Part shown: positions 20,834 to 31,492 of the stretch, one piece after another
Numbering within the stretch: position 1 is the stretch's first letter
Layout of the letters: every line of letters begins with the position of its first letter
Virus record (IMG/VR): IMGVR_UViG_3300013426_000016
Coordinates: 32,001 to 96,000 of that record
Reading direction: 5' to 3' (one strand)
Length of the DNA: 64,000 bases
Origin: a virus
Taxonomy: Duplodnaviria > Caudoviricetes
Position numbers and translations under genes: made by a program
The notes under the pieces: generated by a model
What the model was told of the DNA's origin: nothing
The model's database searches: none
The model's input: only the letters and a program-made list of their open reading frames with translations

Positions 20834-21932
20834 TGTAGATTTACTTTTTAAGAAAATTGATGAAGGTAGAGCTGGAAAAAATATTGGATTGAGTACAGGT
20901 ATACCTAAATTAGATAAATATACAGGAGGAATCCAAAAAGGTGTTTATACACTTATTTTTGGACTTTCGGGTTCCGGAAAGACTTCCGTAGCTTTATATA
21001 ATTATATTTATCGCCCATTAAAAGATAATCCCGAAAAAGATCTTAAATATATTTATTTTTCTTTGGAATTAGGAGCAGATGTTTTGCTCAGCAAACTCCT
21101 CTGTTTATGGGTTTATGAGGAATTTGGAGTAATAATACCTTACTCCTCTATAATGTCTTGAAAAGAGCCTTTAAATGACGAATTTTACAATTATATATGT
21201 AAGGGAAGAAAATGACTAGAATCTATTTCTGAAAAACTTATAATAATAGATACTAATCTTTCTTCAAAAAACTTTTATTCTAAAATAATGACATTTTTAG
21301 AAGAATGAGGGACATTTAAAGAATCTGAAGATGGAAGAAGAAAAATATATATTAAAAACAATCCAGAGCAGTTTGTAACAGTTGTTCTGGATCATATAGG
21401 TCTATTACTTTGTTGTGATGGACATACTAAAAAACAGGAAATAGATTTAGTTTCCCAGTATGCAGTATCTTTAAGAGAGAGATGTGGTGTTTCTTTTGTA
21501 ATTTTACAACAAGAAAATAGAAATTCTGCATCCTCCGATAAAATTAAAATGGATATGACAGACTGTAGTCTAGACGGCCTTAAAGATAGTGGCAATACTG
21601 GAAATGATGCAGAATTATGTATAGGAGTCTATAATCCTATAAAATTTAAATTAAAAACTAAATCTGGTTATCCAATAATTTCAGAAGACAACGGTTTTGG
21701 TTTTACGGGCTTTAGAAATCGAATTAGATTTTTGCAGATCATAAAGAACCGTACAGGCCCTTCTGATAAGTCTATTCCAGTAAACTTTTTTGGAGAAATC
21801 GGTCTCTTCAGAGAATTACCAAAACCAGAAGAAATTAAAAATCCATTGGACTATATGTCCTTAAACCCAAATAAACAAGAGATCGTAGAACCAGACAGTT
21901 CTACAAAAAAATTTATTTCATATGAATTTTAA
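20826..21932 (+). CDS. dnaB: DnaB-like replicative helicase (code 4)
   Basis: LSTGIPKLD, GLSGSGKT, YFSLE, VLDHIGL, LQQENR, LKDSG...DA, IIKNRTG. Confidence 0.9.
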
Positions 21933-21935
21933 AAA

Positions 21936-24900
21936 ATGGCTATAACATTACCTACGACAAAAATTCCTGCTACTACTCAAGATCCTAAATACTTAATCCT
22001 TTTTGGATTACCAAAGGTTGGAAAAACAACAATTCTTTCTACTCTTGAAGGAAATTTAATTTTGGATTTGTAATAAAGTCCCTATAATCAGTAATGATTA
22101 TAGCAAACCCCTTGAATTTTTGGAAAAACTGTTATATTTATTCCCATTTTCAAAAATATTTTTTTGTATATTTGTAAATGGTTTTAAGTATGTTTAACAG
22201 TTAATCAAAAGCTAAGTATGAATGATATAGAAAAATTATGTTTATATAAAGGAAAAGAAGTAGAAACTAAAATTGAAGATGTTGATTATCAATCTAATAA
22301 AGAATTTCAATCTGATTTTTACAATGTTATAAAAAGCATTTCGCAAAAAGTAAATGGCAAATATATGTATTTTTACATAGTAGAGTGTAAAAAATGTGGA
22401 TCTCTAAAAAAGATATATAGGTCAGATTGAAAAAACCAAAAACTTAGAATGTGCAAAAGGTGCCTCTCTATTACAAAAAGAGAATCTCACATTGGTTATG
22501 AAAATAAAACATATAAAGTTGTTGGTATTAATTTTGAGAGAAGTAATCAAAATAAAAGACGTGTTTATTATGATGTTGTATGTAAAAATTGTGGCGCAAA
22601 ACTAGTGTTACGTTGAGATGCAATTTATTCTGACACTAAAAATACGCGCTGTTCAAAGTGCTGTGGAAATAATATTATTCCATCAGAAAATGCCGTATAT
22701 AATGTTTTATACAACTCATATAAACAAAACGCAATTATGCGTAATTTTGGTTTTGAATTAACAAGACAAGAATTTAATAATTTAATTTTACAAGATTGTT
22801 TTTATTGCGGAAATCCTCCTCACGAAGTACAGTCATTAAAACGTTATAATAAAACAGGAGTTCCTATTTTTACAAATGGAATAGATAGAAAAAATTCAAA
22901 TTCTGGATATACTATTGAAAATTGTGTCCCATGTTGTGAAATGTGCAATAGAATGAAATTAAATTATGATATAAATACTTTTTATAAACATATATATAAA
23001 ATATATCATCATAAAAGTTTAACGACTATCTCGCAAGAGAGTACATCACAAGCTAATGGTGATGGAAGTGGGGGGTCTCCAGAAATGGAGAATGATATAG
23101 TCTAATCTGCATGGCGACATGCAGCTGCCAAAAGCGCATGTAATGTTGCGAATTACATGGAATATAAATGTTTGAAAACGGTTCTGATTATGTTTCTGCA
23201 CTTAAAATGAAAGTTAATTCTATTAAAGAACTTAATGAAATCTGTACAGCTATAAAAGAGGCCAAATGTCCATACAAATATATTACAATAGATACTATTA
23301 CAGCAGTAGAGGAAATGGCTAAACCTCTAGCAATTAAACTCTACCAAGATTCCCCAATGTTTTCTGAGAAATATGCAAATGTTAAAGATCCCGCAGCTCT
23401 TCCTAATGGTTCGGGATTTTCATTTTGGAGATCCTCAATAGAACTCATTATTAACAAAATTGCTTCTTGTGCCCCAAATATTATAATTTGTGGACACGTT
23501 AAAGATGCTGCACTTTCAGAAAGCACAAATGGTAATTTAAAAACTCTCGATTTAACAGGTAAAATTTTTGCATAAAATAAAAAGTATTTTTATATTTGTA
23601 TTTATAAAATAATCGAATATGGAAAATACTATTAGTACACTTTATTTAGAAGGTTTGTCAAGTAGACAAATTTCAGATTTTTTAAAAATAGATAAAAAAG
23701 AAGTAGATTTATATATAATAGATAATTATTTTACAGAAAAGAAAAATTCTAAACAAAAAATAACAAAAGAGATTTTAAAGGAAGCTTTAAGTTTAAAATA
23801 TAAAGGAGAAACTTTTGAAAATATAGCTAAAAAATATAACCTTTCAAGTAGTCTTTTTACACAGAAATTTAAAAAACTTAGAATAGATTATAATTCAAGA
23901 AAATATGATTATTCTTTATTAAATAAAGAAACTGTTACTGACATAGTTAAAAAATTTAATGATGGGTATACCGTTAACGATTTAATTAAAATCTACGGTT
24001 TTAATAAAACTGTTTTGGCAAACGTTATTAATGAAAACGGAGGAAATACAACTCCATGTTCTTTTTGTTCTACTATATTTGATAATATAGATACTGAAGA
24101 AAAGGCATACTGGTTAGGGTTTTTATATGCAGATGGTTGTGTTGGAAGTAGAGATAATTCTCTAGAATTATCTTTACAACTTTTAGATGCAAAACATTTG
24201 TATAAGTTTAAAAGTTTTTTAAATGCAGAAAACAAAATTGCTTTAGACTTTAAAATAGGTACATTTGGAAGGTGTAGATTTTCTATTTCTAATAAACATT
24301 TTAAAGAAACTTTAATTTCTTTAGGTTGTTTTCCGCAAAAGTCTTTAAGGTTAGAATTTCCAAAAGAAAACCAAGTTCCAACAGAATTTTTAATCCCTTT
24401 TATTAGAGGTTATTTTGATGGAGATGGTTGTTTATCCCACACTTTTAGTGATACTATTAAATCTCGTTTCACAGTTAAAACTAGTTTTATTGGAACAAAA
24501 GAGTTTATATTTTCTTTACTGAAGTTCCTCAAAACACAAGAAATTTTTGGATCTATTTATAAAAATAAAACTTATAAAGATAATACTTTAGAAGTAAAAT
24601 TCAATAAAACTAATTCTGTTAAATTACTAAATCTTATATATAATGATGCTTCTATTTATTTAGATCGAAAATTTGAAAAATACAAATTTTATGCTAAGCA
24701 TCATAATTTTGCCGTCTCTGTAAGTGATTACAGAGATTATGAACGAACAATATCGGAGAAGGCTAAACACTGAATAAATAAATATTTTAATATAGATTTT
24801 GATACAGTGCACGCTAACACCGAGATAACTAAAAAACGTAACGGGTTTTTAGCATCGTAACGCATAGAGGTTGAAACTATATATTTTATAGAATAAAATA

Positions 24901-25226
24901 CCTCCACGAGTGTTCGTTATCTTTTTAAAAAGATAAATATATATGCTGATCTTATGAGAAATTATAAGAATTAAGAGATAAAAAACTCTTAAGATAACAA
25001 AATGAAAACTTCGAGAATTTTAGCTGCAAAGTCAGACGCAATCGGTTTCGTGCACCGAAATGAAAATAGTGATCTTTGTATACAGTTTGGAACTGATGGA
25101 GAAGTACTTACTGGAGCAAGACCCCAACATCTCGCAAATAAAGATATTATAGTAGCAGAACGTAAAGAGGATGGTTCTTTTGTTCCACATTGGGAAAGAA
25201 TCTATCCATCTCTTAATAGCAAGTAA
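21936..25226 (+). CDS. AAA-family phage NTPase (AAA_24/Sak4-like) split by two introns (~247 aa spliced)
   Basis: Exons 21936-22067, 23171-23560 and 25005-25226: GLPKVGKT, LILD|FENG, ITIDT, ICGH, LDLTG|KTSR..DAIG. Confidence 0.85.
22068..23170 (+). mobile_element. group I intron 4
   Basis: P1 GGAT/GTCC; R TTTAACGACTA, S AATGATATAGTC; terminal G23170. Confidence 0.9.
22218..23105 (+). CDS. intron-encoded HNH-type endonuclease with Zn ribbons (code 4)
   Basis: CFYCG...GIDRKNSNSGYTIENCVPCCEMCNRMK; two track ORFs joined by TGA; C-terminus overlaps the intron core. Confidence 0.85.
23561..25004 (+). mobile_element. group I intron 5
   Basis: Removal restores TG|KT; IGS TTTGCC at about 24708-24713; core resembles intron 1; terminal G25004. 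Confidence 0.85.
23619..24860 (+). CDS. intron-encoded LAGLIDADG homing endonuclease with N-terminal HTH repeats
   Basis: AYWLGFLYADG and FIRGYFDGDG; TGA 24771 reads through to TAA 24860. Confidence 0.9.
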
Positions 25227-25582
25227 TGGAAGCAACTATTAAAGTGCAGAATAATAAATTAGTTTTAAACAAAGAGGCTACACAACTTCTTGGTGTTAAA
25301 GCTAATGATCGAATTGCAGTAAATTATTGATCACAGAATGCAGAAGAGACTTTTCCAGTAATTGGAAGAGCCTCTTTATTTGCTTGTGACGGAAACAGAT
25401 TAACGAAATCTAACACGGTTTCCTATAGAGGAGCACAAAGAGACATTTTGCTCCAATATGGAAATTATTTTAAACTAGAACCATTTAAACATTATTTTAA
25501 AATGGTTAAAATAGAGGAACCCGAAATTACCTCTGAAGAAACATTTGAAGAAGAAGAAGAATATCTTAACAATTTAATTTAA
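25226..25582 (+). CDS. hypothetical protein (code 4)
   Basis: TAATG-coupled, one TGA, acidic C-terminus. Confidence 0.7.
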
Positions 25583-25589
25583 AACAAGT

Positions 25590-26258
25590 ATGAATTTTAA
25601 TTTTGATGAGGCCCTTAAGGCAAAAGAGACAGGTAAATTTCTTTCATTTGGTATAAAGGACGCTACTTTTAAGGGCGTTGAATATGGCCAGCAGACAACT
25701 CAGAGTGGTGAGGATCTTGCTTATATGGCTATGAAGTTTGATATTGATGGTTATGGAGACTATGAGGCTAAGATTTTTGAGCCTCGTTCTAATGAGCGCC
25801 AAGAAATGCAGTGGGGACTTACACCTTCTCCTCTCGATCATTTTCTTATTATAGTACGAGAGTTGCTTGAGGCAATTGCTCCAACAGCTTTTGAAGAGCT
25901 TAATGAAGGCAAAAAGAAGCTTTCTGGTAGCTTTAAACAAGTAGTAGCTGCGGTTGCTAGTATGACTGCTCCGGGCATTGGAACAAAGACACAAATTAAG
26001 CTTGTTCCTAATAGTAAGGGTTACGCAAATCTTCCTGCATTTCCGGCTCGTCTTACTAAAGATGGACAGCTTGGAATTTCCACTCGTATTATTGGAAAGG
26101 ATCTTACTCTTACAGCACGTGAGCTTAAGCAAATTGAGACAGCACAGGCAGCTAAGCCAACGCAGATGTCTACTTCTACCACTACAGATACAGTAAACTC
26201 TATGCTTGATGATCTTAACGGTTCGGATTCTTCTTCAGATTCAGATTTACCGTTCTAA
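25590..26258 (+). CDS. putative single-stranded DNA-binding protein
   Basis: Acidic tail ending SDLPF; lies between the AAA ATPase and primase. Confidence 0.7.
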   Translation: MNFNFDEALKAKETGKFLSFGIKDATFKGVEYGQQTTQSGEDLAYMAMKFDIDGYGDYEAKIFEPRSNERQEMQWGLTPSPLDHFLIIVRELLEAIAPTAFEELNEGKKKLSGSFKQVVAAVASMTAPGIGTKTQIKLVPNSKGYANLPAFPARLTKDGQLGISTRIIGKDLTLTARELKQIETAQAAKPTQMSTSTTTDTVNSMLDDLNGSDSSSDSDLPF

Positions 26259-26261
26259 GAG

Positions 26262-27266
26262 ATGGAAATAACTTTTCCAGTTATTCTTTCTAAAGAGCTT
26301 ATTTATAATAAAGTTCGTGAAGAGGAAATCTTGGAGTATTATTTAGGTATTCCAGTAAAAAAAGGTTTATTTAAAAGTCCATTAAGAAATGATAATTCTC
26401 CCACTTGTGCTTTTTATAGAGCGCGTAATGGAAGGATTATTTTTAAGGACTTTTCTGGAGCATTTTCTGGAGATGCTATATCTGTAGTTATGGAGAAATT
26501 CCAATGCAGTTATATGAAAGCTCTTCAGATTATAGCGAATGACTTTGGGATTGTAAAAAATGAAAATCTTAAAGTAAATAAACCTAAAATGGAATACTCA
26601 GGTAGTATATTGGAAGAAAATAAAACCAGTATTATACAAGTAGAAATACGAGATTTCCAAGATTACGAACTCGCTTGATGGAAAACATATGGGATTACAG
26701 AAAAGACTCTAAAACACTTTAGGGTCTTTTCTTGTAAGAACATATGATTAAATGGTACTTTATTTCATTTAGAAACAAGTAAGCAAAAGATTTTTGGTTA
26801 TTTTGGAGGAACAAAAGATGGAGTAGAAAATTGAAAAATCTACTTTCCTGGGAAAAAGAAATATAAATTTATTTCTAATTGGAAAGCAACTAAAATACAA
26901 GGAGCCGCCCAATTACCAAAAGAAGGTGGAGAGTATTTAGTAATTACAAAATCTCTTAAAGATTGTATGACTTTATATGAATTTGGAATTACAGCAATCG
27001 CTCCTAACTCAGAAAATTTATTTGTTACTCCTGCTCAGTATGAGAAATTAAAAACTAAATTTAAAAATATTTTAATTGTTTATGATAATGATTTAGCTGG
27101 TATCCACGGATTAAATAAGATTAGAAAAGAATTTCCTGGAACAAAAGTAGCTTTTATACCAAGAAAGTATGAAGCAAAAGATATTTCTGATTTCTATAAA
27201 AAATACGGAAGAGAAGAAACTCAGAAATTGATAACCACAGCTAAAAATTTTTATTTTAATGGCTAA
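26262..27266 (+). CDS. DNA primase (TOPRIM; code 4)
   Basis: SPLRND..P, FKDF, VITKSLKD, APNSE, YDNDLAG, KDISD; three TGA. Confidence 0.9.
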
Positions 27267-27648
27267 AAAACGATCCGCAAACTATTGTCGTACAAAAGGA
27301 AATACTTTTGAGCGTAAAATAGTAAAAGAGCTGAAAGAACTTGGATTTAACGTAGGTACTACAAGAAATAACTCTAGAACAGAAGATGCAGATAAGGTAG
27401 ATATATATGATGTAGATAATACACTACCTTGTAAGATACAATTAAAAGCCACACAACAAACTCCACAATATTTTAAAATACGTTCAGAATCTTCTGTTAA
27501 AGCAGAAGACTTTGTAGTACTTTGATCGAAACAAGAAAAAAGAACTACAAATATAGTCTCAGTTGGAGAAGTTGTAATTATGGATAAACAATTATTTTAT
27601 AAACTTATAAAACCTTATGCAAATGGAAAAAGTACAAGTGACATTTAA
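27259..27648 (+). CDS. Holliday junction resolvase-like PD-(D/E)XK nuclease (code 4)
   Basis: RTKGNTFER.I..EL..LGF, VDI, IQLK; extends past TGA 27523. Confidence 0.75.
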
Positions 27649-27823
27649 GAACGAAGAGAAGGAAATTAAGATTGACCTTAATTATGATCACAGTTCAGGA
27701 ACTCTGCATTATGATGTAGATCTCGGAGAGTATAAGAAGGACTCTTCTATAGATCTTACTGTATTTCTCGCTACTATGTTCTTAAATAGTCTTAATTCAG
27801 ATGAAACAGTAGATATAGAATAA
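27617..27823 (+). CDS. hypothetical protein
   Basis: ORF in gene run. Confidence 0.6.
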   Translation: MQMEKVQVTFKNEEKEIKIDLNYDHSSGTLHYDVDLGEYKKDSSIDLTVFLATMFLNSLNSDETVDIE

Positions 27824-27827
27824 AAAA

Positions 27828-29048
27828 ATGTTACCATTACTTTCAGATAGTTTAAAAAATCTTCTTTTGTCTATTTCTGAAGAAAATGACAGTGATATAA
27901 TTAATGATCTTCTTGTTGCTAATGAGTTAGTCGAAATAGCAAGAAGTTTTAATGATCCAAATTTCGATAAAAGTTTTTCTAAAAACATTTCACAACTAAT
28001 TAATGATAATTACAGAATGCTCACTTTTCGTCAAAATGAATTATTAATTTCATTTTTGCCTAAAGGAAAAGATCCTATTTATACAAGTGAAAATAAATGG
28101 GGAAGAACAAATCGTCAATTTGGTAAACCTGCACGAATAATCCAAAATCTTTTAGTAAAGAAATATTCTTGCAAAGAATTCGAGGATTTTCAGAATTTTT
28201 TTAAGGCTAAAGTATCTGAAATAGATTTTCGTATTGTAGAAGGATCTGATATTACAAAGTATTATAACAAAGAGAATTACTACCAAGAAACAGGAACTTT
28301 AGGAAATAGTTGCATGCGTTATAGTACTTGTGAGTCTTTCTTTACTATTTATGAGGATTATGCAAAAATGCTTGTAGCCTTTAAAGATGATAAAGTTGCA
28401 GGGCGTGCTCTTATATGGGAAATAAATGGAGAAACATATATGGATAGAGTATATACTTATGTAGATTATTTGTATAATGCTTTTATCATGTATGCAGAAG
28501 ATCATCATTGGTACCATAGAGAAGATAATTCTCTTCTTAGCGATGGGGAGGATCAAAATTTTGTAGGACCTAAAGATGATTATGAAAGATCTTTTTATCC
28601 AAGTTTGGAATTAAAAATTAATCCTGGATATGAAATATTTCCTTATATGGATAGTTTTAGATACTATTGTCGAGATACAAATACTCTTTGTACCTCTTGT
28701 TGTGATGATTGTATATATCTTTCTAATACAGACGGCCGTATTGGGGAATCTTATTATTGTGCAGATTGTGGAAGAGAATTTATTAGTAACGAATATCCGG
28801 AAGAGTTACATTACTCAGAATATGCCGATAGAGATCTTTGTAATGATTGTTGTTGGTATTGTGAATATTTAAGGGACTATATTCCAGATACTGATCCTGT
28901 GGTGGAAATGAAATGTGGTGATATTACTGCATGGGATGTTCCAGTATCTTATGTAGAAGACCCAGACGAGTATGAGGAAATTAATGATATTTATTATAAA
29001 TTATCTGCCTATACAGAAGAAGAACTCGAAGCTATAAGAAATGAATAA
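27828..29048 (+). CDS. conserved phage protein with Cys-rich C-terminus
   Basis: NSCMRY, GRALIW, YMDRVY, FPYMDSF and several CxxC motifs. Confidence 0.75.
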   Translation: MLPLLSDSLKNLLLSISEENDSDIINDLLVANELVEIARSFNDPNFDKSFSKNISQLINDNYRMLTFRQNELLISFLPKGKDPIYTSENKWGRTNRQFGKPARIIQNLLVKKYSCKEFEDFQNFFKAKVSEIDFRIVEGSDITKYYNKENYYQETGTLGNSCMRYSTCESFFTIYEDYAKMLVAFKDDKVAGRALIWEINGETYMDRVYTYVDYLYNAFIMYAEDHHWYHREDNSLLSDGEDQNFVGPKDDYERSFYPSLELKINPGYEIFPYMDSFRYYCRDTNTLCTSCCDDCIYLSNTDGRIGESYYCADCGREFISNEYPEELHYSEYADRDLCNDCCWYCEYLRDYIPDTDPVVEMKCGDITAWDVPVSYVEDPDEYEEINDIYYKLSAYTEEELEAIRNE

Positions 29049-29808
29049 AATACGTTATGATTTACTCCCTGTAGAAGGAATTACAGAAGTAAACAAAGTG
29101 CTTACAAATAAATTAAAGGAGCACGATAAAAATGAATGGAAGTACGGAATTTCCTGGACTGAAGTTTTATCCTCTCTTAAGAAACATTTAACAGAATTTG
29201 AATTGGGAAATGACTATACAGAAGAAGGTTTGCTTCAGATAGCAGAGGTTGCAGCAAATGCTCTTATCCTTGCAGAATATTACTCTATATATCCACAAGG
29301 TGATGATAGACAAATAACTCCTCTTACTAAAAATATAGTAGCAGTTGATTTAGATGACTGTATATTTGACTTTACCGGGAGTTATGAAAAAAGATTTGGT
29401 GTACAACTATCTGATTATTGGAATGGAGACTATAATATGTCTGATAATTTAAAGGAACTTCAGAAAGATAAAGATTTTTGGGTAAATATGCCTGTCATTT
29501 CTGAAGTTCCTTTTGAGGTAGATTATTATGTAACAGCTCGTAGTATACCTGTGGAATGGACACAAGAGGCTATACAAAAGAATAATTTACCAAAAGCTCC
29601 TATATACAGTTTACCTTGGAATGTATCTAAAATAGATACTTTAAAGAAACTAGGAGCTACTATCATGATCGATGATAAATTTAGTACTTTTAAAGAATGT
29701 AAAGACAACGGAATTTTTTGCTATTTAGTAACTACAAGAGCAAATAAACGTTATAATGTCGGACACCATAGGATTAACAGTGTTTCCGAACTCACAAAGA
29801 TAAAATAA
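29041..29808 (+). CDS. dATP/dGTP diphosphohydrolase-like (DUF5664) domain fused to a HAD 5'(3')-nucleotidase
   Basis: N-terminal RYDLLP...VLT...WKYGISW...SLKKHL...GL...NAL; C-terminal VDLDDC...VTAR...K...MIDD. Confidence 0.75.
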   Translation: MNKIRYDLLPVEGITEVNKVLTNKLKEHDKNEWKYGISWTEVLSSLKKHLTEFELGNDYTEEGLLQIAEVAANALILAEYYSIYPQGDDRQITPLTKNIVAVDLDDCIFDFTGSYEKRFGVQLSDYWNGDYNMSDNLKELQKDKDFWVNMPVISEVPFEVDYYVTARSIPVEWTQEAIQKNNLPKAPIYSLPWNVSKIDTLKKLGATIMIDDKFSTFKECKDNGIFCYLVTTRANKRYNVGHHRINSVSELTKIK

Positions 29809-30845
29809 TGCAAATTAAACTTTCAGAATTTAACATTTTTCCAATTGCAGACTCTGCAAGAAGGGCAGATATTAGTGATGAAATATATTTTGGAGAAAAA
29901 TATAAACACTATATTAGCAATTCCAAACTTGCCTCTATATGCCCTTCACAAGGTGGTAGTATGGAAAAGTATTATGGTCCAGCAGAACGTATAGAGACTT
30001 CTAGTCTATCTTTAGGAACAGTTATACATACCCAAACTCTTCAGCCAGGAGAGTTTGAGTTAGCTCCTAAAATAGATAAACCAACAGCAAAGCTGGGACT
30101 AGCTTGCGATAAATATGTTAAGCATATAAAGAAAGGTCTCTCTAAAGAAGAAGCTGCGAGAAAAGCTTGTTTAGAAGCTAGTTATTATGTTAACCAAATA
30201 GAAAAGTATTTTCCAGCGGTAATTGAGAAAGGGGATATATTTTATGAAAAAGTAAAAGATTATGCAGATAATGTATTTACTTTGGATAATAAAGCTTGGG
30301 ATACAGCAATGATTTGTATAGAGAATCTAAAGAAAGATAGACTTATACAACAGAAACTCCACCCTCTTTCCGATTTTTTAGAAGAACTTCCTTCTTTTAA
30401 TGAAGACACTTTATTTCTTGATTTTCTTGTTACATATAAAGATAGATACGTAAAGCTCTCTTTTAAAGGAAAACTCGATAATTGGACTATTGACACAGAA
30501 AATAAAATCTTAACCTTAAATGATTTAAAGACTACTGGACATTGTGTTACTTGGTTTACAAATAAAGAATACGGTTCCTTCTATAAATATCACTATGCAA
30601 GACAATTGGCTCTTTATAAGATTATGTTAGAGGAACTTTGTAAGAATGAGTACGGATATACTACAAAACAGTGGCAATTTAAAACAAATATTCTTGCCGT
30701 AGAAACAGTACTAGAAAATAACACAAGATGCATTCCTATAACAAATACAGCACTTAAAGAAGGAAAAGCTGAATTATATGATTGCATAAAAAGAGTGGCT
30801 TATTACGAAATGTTTGGCCACAAGAAAGAAGTAAAATTTGTATAG
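29808..30845 (+). CDS. PD-(D/E)XK exonuclease (RecE/ExoVIII, DUF3799-like)
   Basis: ISNSKL, LGTVIH, KGKLD, DLKTT, YHYARQLALY. Confidence 0.85.
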   Translation: MQIKLSEFNIFPIADSARRADISDEIYFGEKYKHYISNSKLASICPSQGGSMEKYYGPAERIETSSLSLGTVIHTQTLQPGEFELAPKIDKPTAKLGLACDKYVKHIKKGLSKEEAARKACLEASYYVNQIEKYFPAVIEKGDIFYEKVKDYADNVFTLDNKAWDTAMICIENLKKDRLIQQKLHPLSDFLEELPSFNEDTLFLDFLVTYKDRYVKLSFKGKLDNWTIDTENKILTLNDLKTTGHCVTWFTNKEYGSFYKYHYARQLALYKIMLEELCKNEYGYTTKQWQFKTNILAVETVLENNTRCIPITNTALKEGKAELYDCIKRVAYYEMFGHKKEVKFV

Positions 30846-30851
30846 TTTTAC

Positions 30852-30882
30852 TTTGAAAAAAGAAAAAGTTTTTCTACCTTTG
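30852..30882 (+). promoter_or_regulatory. Bacteroidetes sigma-A promoter
   Basis: TTTG, 19-nt spacer, TACCTTTG; intergenic. Confidence 0.75.
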
Positions 30883-30919
30883 TAGAAAAGATGTTTAATT
30901 TAAAAAATGTAAATGAATT

Positions 30920-31417
30920 ATGAGAATTGAAACTATTAATGCTTTCTCTTATGAGGAGGCCAAGTCTAAGGCTCGTGAGATGGGTCTTAATGTAATTAAG
31001 AATGTAACTTCGACTTTTAAGAAGAATCCAACTGATGATTATACCGATTTTGCTCAGAAGATCTTTGAGCGAGATAAGATTACCAATGTTAATGGTATTG
31101 CTTACATGATCGTAGTAGAGCCTGGTTGCCCAGACACTCGTACACGTCCTTATGAAATAAATAATATTGTTCCTAAGGGAAGTCTTACTAAGAAGCGTGT
31201 ATTTGAGGTACGTACTTCTACAGATAAATATGTAGGAGAGGCACCTAATAAGGCTGCTGCTATAAAGATTGCTAAGGAGCGTATGTCTGAGTTTAAGGAG
31301 GATCTTTTTTGTCGTCAGATATATAAGGTGGATCGAGACCATGAGATTGCTTTTGTTGTAAATTATGTTCCTGGGATTCACACCAAGTTGGGTACTTACG
31401 TTGTATTTGGAAATTAA
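30920..31417 (+). CDS. hypothetical protein, monocistronic
   Basis: Flanked by its own promoter and terminator; AAG/GAG/CGT-rich codon usage. Confidence 0.8.
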   Translation: MRIETINAFSYEEAKSKAREMGLNVIKNVTSTFKKNPTDDYTDFAQKIFERDKITNVNGIAYMIVVEPGCPDTRTRPYEINNIVPKGSLTKKRVFEVRTSTDKYVGEAPNKAAAIKIAKERMSEFKEDLFCRQIYKVDRDHEIAFVVNYVPGIHTKLGTYVVFGN

Positions 31418-31445
31418 TTTCTTGCCATAATATTTTTATTTTTAT

Positions 31446-31482
31446 AGAGTCCGTAGAGTCTTTTTCTACGGGCTCTTTTTTT
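31446..31482 (+). terminator. intrinsic terminator
   Basis: AGAGTCCGTAGA/TCTACGGGCTCT stem followed by a T-run. Confidence 0.85.
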
Positions 31483-31492
31483 AACTATAGAG

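Noticed and set aside
24895-24920. CCTCCACG resembling a second HDV-like L3
   Set aside because: It lies within the intron 5 core, pairs as GAGGT/ACCTC, and lacks HDV P1/P2.
25644-26132. Antisense and alternate-frame ORFs in the track (also 30848-31381, 44306-44764, 62902-63203 and others)
   Set aside because: They are shadows of well-supported genes, arise from codon bias or low complexity, and have no recognisable motifs.
3628-29808. Diaminopurine (Z-base) or other DNA modification pathway suggested by the HD and dATP/dGTP hydrolase-like genes
   Set aside because: No PurZ or other base-modification enzyme is visible in the window, and the genes are not clustered.
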